Of a stretch of DNA of 64,000 nucleotides, positions 1 through 11,529 are shown in pieces. Position 1 is the stretch's first letter; the number at the start of each line of letters is the position of its first letter. The notes under the pieces are model-generated. The model was given only the letters and a program-made list of their open reading frames with translations. It ran no database searches and had not been told where the DNA came from. The position numbers and the translations under genes were made by a program. The stretch comes from Oculina patagonica (Eukaryota): assembly GCF_052425735.1 (NCBI RefSeq), contig NC_135760.1:7688001-7752000 (forward strand), given 5' to 3'.

Positions 1-838
1 TTGAAACTACTTTACATTAACATAACCAAATACTAACTCCACATACCAGAGCTGGCTAGCGTTATATAGTTTATGCAGGAGCCCATCAACTGGAGCCTCC
101 ATACGTACTGTACCCTTGAGTCAACCCTTTCCCGTATATTTTTATTTTTAGAAACACATTTCCCGCGAAAACATTGCTCCTGTAGTCAGACCACAGACCA
201 TCGTCAGACCACGATTAGAATCGATCAAGCTTTTATCAAGCTGCCTTTTTATCGGAAGAATTACACGGCAAATAAAATTGACCGATCTGTTGCGTCTATC
301 CATCCTCTTTTCAAAATATATTCGTAATTTCGCAGTTGCGAGATCCATCTCGGTGCCTTTCGATTCAAATAATTGCTCTTACTTTTTTGACAGACCTGTA
401 CAAAATTCCGCAGTTTTTTTAGTCATAGCATTACTTGATGTCTTTACTTCGAAGAAATACTGAATTTAGAGGACGACAAGGAACAACATTCTGCGGTATT
501 CCGCCATTGTTTTAGATGACACAGCTTGGGTAACCACAGCGGAATGCGACAAATGATGGGTGAGACCCTATTTAGGGACCGAGAACCTCAAAAACCATAC
601 CCAATATAGCCCATATATGGGAGTACCCCCTGGGTCACATATTTATGACTACCCCCTCCCTCCCCCCTCCCCTTAACCTTGCCTCCAACACTAAAAAATC
701 CTTGAGACTACTTACACAGTTGCACAAGCTAAAAGAGAACCTTAACATCAGAGGAAAAGTATGAGTGTTCTCATAAAGAGACTATGGCACTGAACCATGA
801 AAAAATTCTTCCTACTACCTTCATACATGTTCATTTAC

Positions 839-1571
839 CTCTCTATCAATATTCCTTGGATCAGTCTGAAATTAAAAAGTGTTAAAGAATTAAATTAATA
901 CTTCCAACAGTTGGAAAACGTGAAATAAAACAAAGAAAACAAAGGGAAAAACCCTGCAAACTTCCAATATATAACCTTATATCTTTTAAATACCTTTCTG
1001 TTATGTAAATATGTAACTCATTGATGCAGAATATTTCATACACAATGGGAAACGATCAAGCATATAATTAATCTTATGTTGTTGTTTTCTATTAGCAGAT
1101 TGTCAAAATGTACAAAACTTTTCACGAAGAAAATATTTCGTTGGGTATGTACAATGGATCTAAATTTGAGTTAATTTAACAGTGCAAAAATCTACGATTA
1201 AAGTTTGCATTTGAACTCAGTCCGTTTTGTCCGGATCTGGAAAGTTCTATAGCTACGCAATGTCTAAGTTATACAGTTTGTCAATTAAAACTGTAAGCTT
1301 ATCTTTTGTGGACAAAAAATTGACAAGACAAGCACTCGTTTTTAAATAAAAAGACCTTCATTGACTTTACCTCAAATAATCCTTCAGGTAGATCATTTAA
1401 TGTGGAAGCGTCCCCATACGCATCGAAGTAAGGTGGATTTCGTATGAACTCAACAAATCCAGCCCAGAGAAAACCCATTGCTAACAGAAAATGGACAACT
1501 TGTAAAGCATCGTAGAAATATTCCTTCCACGTTTTTCGCCTTCTCAAGCCTGTTGCTAGAATCGGGGGCAT
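839..1571 (-). CDS. 5' part of an unidentified spliced gene, probably a single-pass membrane protein; continues off the left edge
   Basis: Exon 1571-1371 reads MPPILATGLRRRKTWKEYFYDALQVVHFLLAMGFLWAGFVEF...LPEGLFE (basic stretch, then hydrophobic segment) and ends at GAG|GTAAAG. A 27-nt phase-0 exon at 865-839 (TDPRNIDRE) is flanked by tttcag and gtaaat. Product not recognised. Confidence 0.55.
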
Positions 1572-1978
1572 CTTGGAATAGCGGATGATCAAATCCTCTT
1601 GACTTTTGATGCAGAAATTATTTGCTTAACATTCAACGAGAGGCCCAGAGTCTGCAGATCGGAGATGCGTGACCGTGTAGAGCAGATCCCAGGGAAAACT
1701 GGGAACGAAAGTGAAAGTCACGCTCTGCGCCCGTGACGGCCGCGTGACACAGAACAACTCATCTCAAAGCGCGCTAAAAACGTGCTGTTTATTTATTTGA
1801 ATTCTTGCTAAGTTCTGTCGCTTTAGGGAGGTATTTTTCCATCAAGTGAAGATCCACCACTAGAATGATAGTTTTAATTTCGTGATTTTGTTAACAGACA
1901 CAAATTAGTCTTACAGTTAGACGTTTTACCAGTTGTAGTCTGTGGTTCCAAAACGACTCTTTCGTTGTTTACAAAAAT
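1572..1978. promoter_or_regulatory. Probable bidirectional promoter between the unidentified minus-strand gene and NME6
   Basis: About 400 bp separate divergent ATGs at 1571 (-) and 1979 (+). CpG-rich, with three CGTGAC motifs and GAAAGTGAAAGT near 1707. Confidence 0.5.
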
Positions 1979-4900
1979 ATGGGCCGTAGCCGTTTGCAGC
2001 TGACGCTTGCGATCCTAAAACCAGACTTGATGATGCATCCTGTGAGAACTAGGGTAAGTCAACTGTCGAATAGTTTTGTTAGATATTTAATTTGAATATT
2101 TCCTGGTAGAGTTGAAGTTTGTACGGCGAGTAATCTGCAAATCGAAACATAAACAACCACCCACGCCGCGTTAAAACCTTTGAACCTGCAGGGTGGTTCT
2201 GGATGTCAAATTTTATGTAATACGTAATTGTTTGTTCTATAAAGATTTGCATTTTATCAAAGTGGTTTTTTCAGAGTTCTCTCATATCTCTTCCAGCCGT
2301 CTACTTGTAATTTTTTTGCATTTTGTTTAGAACTCCTTTTATAATATAAATATAGTGTTGTTTTCATTCACAGATTAGAGCAAACTTTCATGTTGTGGAC
2401 TAAATGTGTTCATGTATTTTGTTTTAAATATTTTAAGGTCGACTTTGTTTTCCTGATGATTTATGCAGGCCAGGATGATTCTGGCCAGCTGGTGGCCTGG
2501 CCTGGCCAGTCCAGGGTTATTGTATAATTTTTGGGCAAGAATGCACTCACATTAAACCCCTTCTGCCCATAGGAGTATGCATATATGGAAAATGTAAGGA
2601 CAATGGAGTAACCTGGTGTTAAGATGGTGGCAAGCGAGGACACATTGTTGCTGATACTACCATTTTCGAGAACCGTGAACGGCCAACTTTTTCCACGTTT
2701 TTTCACGGGTAAAACATTCAACTTTGTCCAGACAAACCGTCGCGTTTTTCAACTGAACCAATTAACGTTTGGAGCTCAGCATCAACATGTCAAGTTTGAC
2801 AGCTCCGCCTGTGTGTTTCTGCACATGAAACAATGGTTTTGAAAACTTTTGCGTCGACTTTTTTTCCCGGGGGGGGGGGGGGGGCACTCCCCTATACGAC
2901 CTATACGGGGACATGCCGCTGGATAGGGTATGGTTTTTTACTCCTCCCGTCCTGAACAGGGTATATAATTTCAAGCTCCTCTGTCCTAAACAGGGCCTGA
3001 ACCTGTCCTAGACAGGGTATGGCTGCAAGACTGTCCTCAAGTATTTGTATTGTTTTCGCTTTCGCTTCAATGAAAAGCATTATTTTATTTGCTGGGATCA
3101 GTGTTCGCAGTTCAATGCGTCGTACATCGCGTACGGGACGCAATCACAATAAAGCGTAAGTTATTGTTGATGTTGCCCTTTGTCCTAAATAGGGTCTTAA
3201 AATAGGGCGTGTTGTCTTACACAGGGTAGGTATTTTAAGTTTTCACTACCCTAAACAGGGTCAGGGTTTCAAACCTCCAGCGGCACCCCTATACCTAAAC
3301 AAAGGTCATGTACCCCCCCCCCCCCCCGGCTTTTTTTATTTCTTCAATGAATGTCGACAGCAAAGGGCGGCTTTACATTTCTGGCAATTGCTGTGGCAGC
3401 AATCTTTGATTGTTCATTTATTTTTACATGTGAGAAAACGCAGAAAAAAGTTAGCCATTCACGGTTGCTCGAAAATGGTAGTAAACAACGTTTCTTGGGT
3501 GGGCAAACAAGCGAGACACAAAACAAATGTTGTTTTTTTCATGCTACGCAAATGGGGAAACATTTGTTGTGGACACAAAATGTTTGTGACAAAAATCAGA
3601 AACAATTTTTGTTTTTGGATACAAATTTTGTATCCGCAACAAGTAATACTTGTGCACTCCGTAAAAACTAAAATCTTAAATTAAGACGTTTTGTCTTACC
3701 TCAGCACCAGAACAATAGCTGACGTACTAGCTTCTCAGCTATTGTTCTGGTGCTGAGGTAAGACGAAACGTCTTAAATTATTTAAGATTTTAGTTTTTAC
3801 GGAGCAGGCAAACGGGGAAACATTTGTGTCCCCATCAATGTATCCGCAACATTGTGTCCTTGTTTGCCAACACCTTTAGATTTCCAGGTGCGCGTGCGCA
3901 AGGGGAGACTCCCCTTAAAAAATTTTCTTTAGAGAAGAGTCTCCTTTTCTTTCCATCTTAAAATAATGAAGAAGGAGGCTGTGGTAGCAGGGAAGCAGGC
4001 AAGCCTTCTGCACATTGTGGGACTTTTATTGTAGTAATAATATTTTTGTCAAACCCATGACAGGAGGTGAAGACCATCATAAAGGACACTGGATTTCTTG
4101 TAATTCAATCAAAGGTTACAACATTCAGTCAAAAAGAGGCAGAGAAGTTCTATGAGGAACACAGAGGTACTGTTAAATATTGATAATTTAAATTGTAAGT
4201 GAGATCATTGAGCTCAATGAAATGTCAAATTCATATTATAGGCGATATGTCATGTTAGTCAGTGTTGTTTAGGCTAACTGGTGTACTATTAAGAACAAAA
4301 GGCTAACCAGTTTGTTGTTTAGACTAACTTGAGTTGTGCTGATCTCTGGCCCATTATCTGTCATATTAAAAATCTGGAGGAGTTGGAATCTACTACCAAC
4401 CAATCAATGATGACTAGAGTTGAGATCATGAGCGCACGTGTGAGAAAACTTTCCAAACGCATATAGTGTGGGTAGCCTTTGCGTTAACTTTGCTTGCAGT
4501 TTCCTCTCTTAAATGGTCGGTGACCCCCATTTTTTTCGGCATATACCGGTATGACTTTTTGGGATAGATCTCTACCGATTGACAAAATTAAAAATGAGCC
4601 AAATTTGAATGTTAGAAGTTTATTATTTTTTCATTTTCTCTTCCTGCAAGCGATCGAATCAGTCACATCTTGCAGCATTGTGCTATTGTGAACGTTTACA
4701 AATCCAATTGTTAAAGACAAGGTTTGCTCTAAGGGACTTAAAAAGTGAAATATATATGTGTAAAATGGACCCACTCAAATAAATTTGGACAAAGGAATTC
4801 AAAGTTGGCTTGCATCAATACATTTAAAAAATTTTGTTGCCGGAAGCTGCAGAGGTCATATCGAGTGACGACGTCAAATTTATCCAAATAAGCGTCTTCT

Positions 4901-7900
4901 TCTAGATATCGTATCTCGAAATCGAATTCGGTGACTCCCAAATTTTTTCACATTTCTGATGTAAGTAACTTGTAAACTAGCACTGGTAAAATTAAAGTTT
5001 TAAGTGCACCTAACCCCCGAAACAATACTTTCAAAATTGATTGTACATGAGTTAGAGAGTTGAATGGTTAAATATTTCTTCATCTCAATGTTGCGTTTTT
5101 AAGTTATGAAGGTTTATTTTTCCAATATGTTAATGAGTATGACGTCTACCCAGTCTTCATTCAATATACAGATTTTGACTGGTTCACACAAGCAGTATTT
5201 AAAAAGCATTATCATATAATACTCCCAATTTCCACAATTTTTATTGTAAATTTGGTGTCTGGTAATGGCGAGTAAATAATGATATAAGCAAAACAAGTAT
5301 GTCATACTCATTAACATATTGGAAAAATAAACCTTCATAACTTAAAAACGCAACATTGAGATGAAGAAATATTTAACCATTCAACTCTCTAACTCATGTA
5401 CAATCAATTTTGAAAGTATTGTTTCGGGGGTTAGGTGCACTTTAAGAAAAATTGCAATGTTGGAAGATTTTCGCGGAAACGTCCTTATTATAACAGATTT
5501 ACTCACTTGTAAAGCCTGGTTCACATGTGCAACGCAAATGCAAATGCAAACCTTTAATGTAAATGCAAGCAGCATTTGCATGTAGAACTTAAATACAAGG
5601 AACCTTAAATAGGCAGACACAGCTAAAGTCTTTTTCCAAGATGGTGGACAGGTCACACTTTCCTTGCTTGTGTTTGCACTTATGTTTGCGTTAGCAATGT
5701 CCTCATGTGAAGCAAGTGCAAATGCAAGCGCAAGCCAGGTGCAGGAAAATGGACAATTCTCCATCCTTGTGCTTGCATTTGCACAGTCTTGCATTTTGCT
5801 AGTTCAGTGTTTTTCCTTGCAGTTTATGCTTGCATTTGCGCTTACATTTGTATTTGCATTGTGTTGCTTCATGGACCAGCTCTAAGAAGCCCTTTCAGTT
5901 TATTAGTTTAATAATTAGGAGAGACTGTTAACTGATGGTTAGTGCTATGTTGGTATTTTAATCCAGTAGCCCAGGATCAATATACATGGTCAGGGTCATC
6001 GTGTTCTGTTCTTGGGCAAAGCATTTTGCTCTCACAGTGCCTCTGAAGTAAGAATTTACACACAGTGCGGGCCTATTATACTGCGTAATTTTTCCAGTAA
6101 TGTAGGCATGTAATGCGTGTAGAAGACGCTGTAGCTGTAGTTCTTTAATGCTTTTTGGACTTATGGTGCTTAGTTTAGTATCATCATCAAGAATATCAAA
6201 TCATGATCAAGCTTATGATACCATTGTAAATCCTAGCTGATCACGGAAAAAAAAATTATTGGCTCACCTTCCAGCGGCTTACTTGTCCACTGCTCTAATT
6301 AGCTACCATCTGAGATACAGAGCCATGATGGGAACAGCGCGTGACTAAGTGAATCCCATTTGAGCTTACATGTGTACAGGAGTTTCCTACAATGAGCATG
6401 TGGAATAAATAAATATAAAGAAATGAATAAATAAAAAAAGGGTTTCAGTTCTAGTTAAGAATCATCCTTAGGCAAATGATGGTACTAGAGTTAATTTATC
6501 AAGAAAATGTAAAATGCTGAGTCAGTCAGTAACTTTTTATCCCACTGTCTATAAGTGGGAGAAGCTTTAGTCCGTGTTGCATCTGCTAGCCATGAAAGGT
6601 TTTTGTTGTTTTTATTTCTTGCAGAGCGCTTTTTCTTCAACAGGCTTACTGGATTTATGAGCAGGTAATAATTAATATTGATAGAACAAAATGTCCTTGG
6701 TCATAGTTTATCTAATCTCTTTTGTGCATTGGGTTCAGATCTCAAGAAGCTGGTGATTACTTGTAAATAAATAATATTTTTTTTCTTCTGTCAAACAGTG
6801 GTCCAATGACAGCCATGGTTCTTGCTAAAGAAAATGGCATCGCACACTGGCGGGATCTGATGGGGCCCACTAAGACTTATAGGTACTATAGCACCGTATT
6901 TCTTGCACTCATCATTTTTGCCAGTAGATCTTGGTGTTGCAGAAACAGTGTTTGTCTAGGACGTTAACTAAAATCTGTTGGTGCAAATTGCAACAATTTT
7001 GTTAAGAAGGCCACTATTGCATGCATGCAAATTTTGTTGGATAGTGTTTTGTCAGTTTTACGTCAATGCAAAGACCACCATTTTCAAACGTTTAAAGCTC
7101 AAGTCTGCGTTCGAGTCTAGTGGCCCATCTGGCCGGAGTTAACCCAGTTTCCGTAGCATTAAGTGACTAGGGGTATGTCTACTTCCCCCTGATTCAGGTT
7201 GGGATGCTAGACCGTCTCAGCATTACCCCTAGCAATAAATTCGCTAGTACCCATTTATACACCTGGGTTAAAAAGGCAATATGAGTGAAAAGTGTAACGT
7301 TTAAATTCGTTTTTCTTTTTCCAGGGCAAGAGATCTCGCTCCCACAAGTATCAGAGCACTGTACGGTATAAGTGATACTAGGAATGCTACCCACGGTTCA
7401 GGTAAGCTTCTATATATGGCTGTCAATAACAACAGTTTTTAATTCTTTTAACAGGTTTTTTCTCTTCCATTTTTCAATCAAAACTAAAACCTCTGGACCA
7501 GGATATGGTCGGTGATCTGAGTTGAGTTTAAAAGGGCTTTGTCACAGGTTTTAAAAGACTTTTGAACCGCCAAAAAAATATATATCTTTCGTAGGAAACC
7601 CAAAAATATCGGTCCATTTTTATGAACAATTGCCATATTAGAGCACTAAAACTGTTAGCGAGCGTCTTTGGCTGCGGAAGGCTAGGATGGAAATGGATTT
7701 CAGCTTGAAAGATTGAGGCGGTTAAGTTGCCTACCACTAATTGCAGCACAGTTTAGACCAAAAATCCGCGAAATCCCCGTGACGTAACGCTTTTAACAGG
7801 TGGATCAAAGATATACGTGGGGTGGGGCATGAGAAGTTGCTCTTTCCTTCACAAATCCCCGACTTCTTACTCCCTCCCTCGATCTTACCTGCACTATAAA

Positions 7901-8800
7901 ACAGACTGAATGTCGCCTCCTGGAATATCGATTCCTTGATGTTCTCCAGGAATGTAACTGCGCTTATGGCAAGTTTAACTCAATGGACAGCGAATCTTTT
8001 AACTAAAAGGAGTTGTAGGCTAATATAGTATTTTGACAACTCAGCTTCACGTACGTTAGCTAAAGGCTGGTTCTCATATAATCGGCCGAGCGTTTTTATT
8101 GGTTCTGTCACTTCAAAAAGTTTTCTCGCGATCGGGGCGATTATATGAGAACATTACACAGACGATTGCTAACGTCTGCGGCGATTGGGGCGATCACAAT
8201 CACTTGAATCGCACGTGTTCTATTCTCCAAGCTTCTCTTTCCCTTCTTCGCCGTAAAACTACAATAACTGAGAAGATAGGAGGCCACGAGTTTTGCTCTT
8301 TCTTTCTTGTTGGATCTAGGGCTAAAATGATTGTTTTTCGTTGGTCTTCGCTCATACCAGATCATATGAGAACCCCCGATCGCTTCCAATCGCCTCGATC
8401 GCCTACGATCGTCTCAGTATTTGCAAACTATCGATGCGATAGAAACGATCGGGGCGATCATACGAGAACCAGCCTTTAGCAAGTGGAGGAAATTCTAAGA
8501 GATCATTTCTTATTTGAGGGCTTCCCTCTTAGAGCAGATCGTGTACACCTAAGTAGTTAGCTTCATAATTACAGAAGTTATTAGTGCTGTCTCAAGTTTA
8601 TGGAAATCGACCTTTTTAATTGAAAAAATGTTCTGTCACATTTTTTTACAGACTCGGACGATTCTGCCAAGAAAGAAATCAACTTTTTCTTCCCCGAGTT
8701 TGACTGTGACTACTGGTTTAAAGAACACGAGTCTTTGTATCGTGAAAGCAAACACGCGGTGACCTGGGACGAAGAACAAGGTATTCACTACTTTAAATAA
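1979..8800 (+). CDS. NME6: Nucleoside diphosphate kinase 6, 6 coding exons
   Basis: Exons 1979-2053, 4064-4166, 6625-6664, 6799-6882, 7325-7401, 8652-8800; all GT-AG and phase-consistent. Protein MGRSRLQLTLAILKPD...FYEEHRERFFFNRLTGFMSSGPM...WRDLMGPTKTYRAR...SDTRNATHGSDS...EINFFFPEF matches NME6 motifs, including the catalytic His in NATHGSD. Confidence 0.95.
2866..3329. mobile_element. Non-autonomous DNA transposon with CCCGGG-poly(G)/poly(C)-CCGG ends and 8-bp TSD
   Basis: Terminal inverted G/C tracts; CTTTTTTT duplicated at 2858-2865 and 3330-3337. Same end structure as 35191-35514. Confidence 0.7.
3657..3804. mobile_element. Short foldback MITE (near-perfect palindrome)
   Basis: Arms of about 65 bp (CTCCGTAAAAACTAAAATC...CAATAGCTGA / TCAGCTATTG...GTTTTTACGGAG) around a 12-nt spacer, in NME6 intron 1. 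Confidence 0.75.
5000..5445. mobile_element. MITE with ~140-bp near-perfect TIRs at a TTAA site (Kolobok/piggyBac-type target)
   Basis: 5004-5142 is the reverse complement of 5301-5440. TTAA on both sides. Appears nested in an older repeat (about 4430-5490). Confidence 0.8.
7101..7270 (-). mobile_element. tRNA-derived SINE, partial copy
   Basis: Shares GTGGCCCATC..GGCCGGAG, GGGATGCTAG and CCCATTTATACACCTGGGT blocks with the copies at 10001 and 54073. Confidence 0.75.
8061..8478. mobile_element. PIF/Harbinger-like MITE
   Basis: TIRs AAGGCTGGTTCTC(A/G)TAT at both ends; internal CGATC repeats; TAA/TTA flanks. Confidence 0.65.
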
Positions 8801-10000
8801 CAGACACTGTTTTGACCCGTTTTGTCGGCTGTGGACCAAATAAAGGCAAAGGTATTGGAGAAAACAAAGAATACGTGCAATTTGTTTACGGGACAGCTCG
8901 CGTGTTCAAGTATGTCTTGAGCGAGGAACGATGTACAGAGAACTGTTTTTTGTCAATTCAGCGAAATGCCTTTGCTCGAGCTTACACTGTCAAGACTTAT
9001 ACAGCACTTCACTCGTTCTACATGCACAAATGTATTTCCAGTTTATTTGTTTGTAGAAACTTACAACAGAGCGGTACGGTTTACTGTTTCTGGTAAATCT
9101 CATAGCACGTGCACTTCCAAAATGTCTCCGTCAGCAAGCTACTGGGAAGCTACGTAGCAACCTTTTAATTAATGACGTCATCGTGACGAACGTCTTTTCT
9201 CTCACGCAGTCATGTGACCCAAAGCGAATGAACCGCGCGGTTTACACGGCAAGGTTTTGTTCATATTTCAACAGTACATTTTGCGGCTAATTGTAGAATG
9301 CTTAAATCACATGTAGATAGCATAAGTTCAACGCTGAGTGAATCACGACTTAGCGAGTGATATCGAAATTATTTTCTGAGAATTCCAAATAGTACTTCGA
9401 CACAGAATTCGAGATACCGTTATTTAACAAGCAACATATATACTAAAATTTATTTAAAATTTTATTTATAATGAGGCCAAGGGTTAATAACTGAGAATTG
9501 CTTTCCCCCAGTTTCTTTTTATCTATTTTCCCGAGATGCTTAAAATAATGTTATAGTATAACCATGTATAGGAATGATCGTTAATGTGGCAGGAATTGGT
9601 GTGTAAATAAAATTTTTGTTGTCTTTAGTCGCTTTTCTCCACTGACCTACAATTTCGTACTAAAACCGTGTTCAGATTTGTCCAGGATAAAACGCGTATG
9701 AGACACGCAGCTTTATGATAGGCTTCATAAAGTGTCATTTCAAATATGAAGTACAGCCAGGATATGAAAATGCATAAATAACCCAGTTGAACATGAAGTA
9801 CTTATTAAACAATTCAATCCTGGGATTGAAAGTTGATTGAGGGTTCAATTTCTCTTGTATGAAAGTGTTTTTATTGCTTGTTTATTGTGTAGTTTGAGGT
9901 TATTCGAGGTCAAAACTTGAGGAAATAAACAGACTACCTCACTGAAAAGTTGAAAAGCTGAAATGAAAATTCACACTTATCTTGAATTAGCTTAATCATA

Positions 10001-10288
10001 AAGTCTGCGTCGGCGAGCCTAGTGGCCCATCAGGCCGGAGCTTATCCGGTTTCCGTAGCATAAATCGACTAGGAGTATTAATTTTCTACTCCCCCCTGGA
10101 TGGGATGCTAGACCATCAGAGGGTTAACCCCAGCAGTAAATTCGCTGGTACTCATTTATACACCTGGGTAGAGTAAGGCACAATGACTGAGAGTCCAAGA
10201 ACACAACGCAGTGCCCCGTGCAGTGCTCGAACCCGGACCGCTCGCGCTCGATCTGGAGTCCAGCGCACTAACCATCAGGCCGCTGCGC
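10001..10288 (-). mobile_element. tRNA-derived SINE, near full length
   Basis: Minus strand starts with a tRNA-like head (A-box-like GGCCTGATGGTTAG, B-box GGTTCGAGCAC), followed by a body shared with about ten other copies in the window. Confidence 0.8.
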
Positions 10289-10607
10289 GAAAGTGTAAAA
10301 CCGTTGAGACTAAGCTTGAACATGGTCTTACTCTTTCATCTCTCCTTGCTTTCTCTATATAGTGCATTAGGCCACTATTCCTCCCGTTTTTCTACGTAAG
10401 ATAACTATTATTTTGAATTTCAAAATTTCAATTTGAAAGCAATTTTGGACATCCGAAAAATGACTTAAAATGTCATGACATAGCTATGTCAACTGAGCAT
10501 ATGCTGCAACTTTACACGCCATGTTGTAGAGGATTGTTGTGCGGAATATTGAATTCATTCAGTTTTAAGAGTGCCGAGGGAAGGTTGTAACTGAACATTG
10601 CCCGCCA

Positions 10608-10880
10608 CTAATGGTTAGTGCGCCGTACTCCGGAGCGGACAATCCGGTTTTGAGCCCTGGTTGGGGTCACTTGTGTTGTGTTCTTGGGCAAGACACTTTA
10701 CTCTCATAGTGTCTCTCTCCACCCAGGTGTATTAATGGGTACCGGCGAAATAGGGAGGGGGAGGGGGTACCATGCGATGGACTAGCATCCCATCCAGGGG
10801 GGAGTAGAACTATTCCTAGCTGCTTAATGCCATCGAAACCGGGATAAGCTCCGGCAGTATGAGCCACTTAGCTCGAGGCT
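10608..10880 (+). mobile_element. tRNA-derived SINE, same family, inverted relative to the 10001 copy
   Basis: ATGGTTAGTGCG...TGTGTTCTTGGGCAAGACACTTTACTCTCA...GATGGACTAGCATCCCATCCAGGGGGGAGTAG. Further degraded copies near 5935-6045, 30825-31015, 32030-32180, 36330-36730, 39320-39560 and 41550-41660. Confidence 0.8.
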
Positions 10881-11142
10881 GCCCTTTTTTAAATTAACAA
10901 ACACCAAAGAGATAATTCTAAACCGAAAATAAGCAAGGATGGTTACGACTGAGGAAGATTTAGATGGATTACTAATTACAAACTCGAAAAAATTGCCAAT
11001 TTTTTAACGTACGCTGTCCGTGACCTAGCTCCCTTAATCGTAACATCACCACCCACTTCCGTCACGCCTGCGTGACATAAGGTGTGCGGCGGTTTATGCG
11101 TCATTCTTTGCTTCGCACGTTGCTCTAACCGGGTGTTAACAT

Positions 11143-11388
11143 CTTGTACCCCTGCTCCACAATAGGGGGCAGTGGCAATTCTAGTTTCCGTTTCTGCAAT
11201 ATGTTTTTTTTTTCCGGGAGCGGGTTATCAGCCCGCCGCCCAACCCCCAACCTGGAGGACCAGGGGCTGTCTTTGTCTGGCCTCTACTCTTCGACCAATC
11301 CCGCGTGGTTAGACCTGCCAGGGACCAAAGTCCCCGCCGGTACAACTCTTTGGGGCACTGAGACATACCAGCTTCATCACCAAGACAA
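11143..11388 (-). mobile_element. Probable RTE-clade LINE 5'-UTR fragment or RTE-derived non-autonomous element
   Basis: Minus strand GGCAGGTCTAACC...GGTCGAAGAGTAGAGGCCAGAC...CTGGTCCTCCAGGTTGGGGGTTGGGC resembles the 5' region of RTE elements (from memory; not searched). Confidence 0.5.
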
Positions 11389-11391
11389 AAC

Positions 11392-11529
11392 GGATCAATT
11401 TAGGTTTCTGGGAAACTGCTCACCTACCCCCTCCCCAAACCTAACATTTTGCCCAAAGCGATAAGTAAGGGTTAATGTTAGGTTTGGGGAGGGGTAGGGG
11501 AGCAGTTTCCCAGAAACCTAAATTGATCC
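11392..11529. mobile_element. Palindromic MITE
   Basis: GGATCAATTTAGGTTTCTGGGAAACTGCTC...CCTAACATT and its reverse complement around a short spacer. Confidence 0.75.

Noticed and set aside
3657-3804. Long hairpin as a miRNA precursor or hammerhead
   Set aside because: No CUGANGA core, no match to cnidarian miRNAs I remember, and it interrupts another repeat, so a foldback MITE is simpler.
8860-9240. Small minus-strand spliced gene behind a CRE/E-box cluster just 3' of NME6
   Set aside because: Donor-like sites exist, but the joined peptide is short and featureless; not supportable without transcripts.
11143-11388. HDV-like ribozyme in the RTE-like 5' region
   Set aside because: I could not build the nested double pseudoknot by eye; a covariance-model search would be needed.
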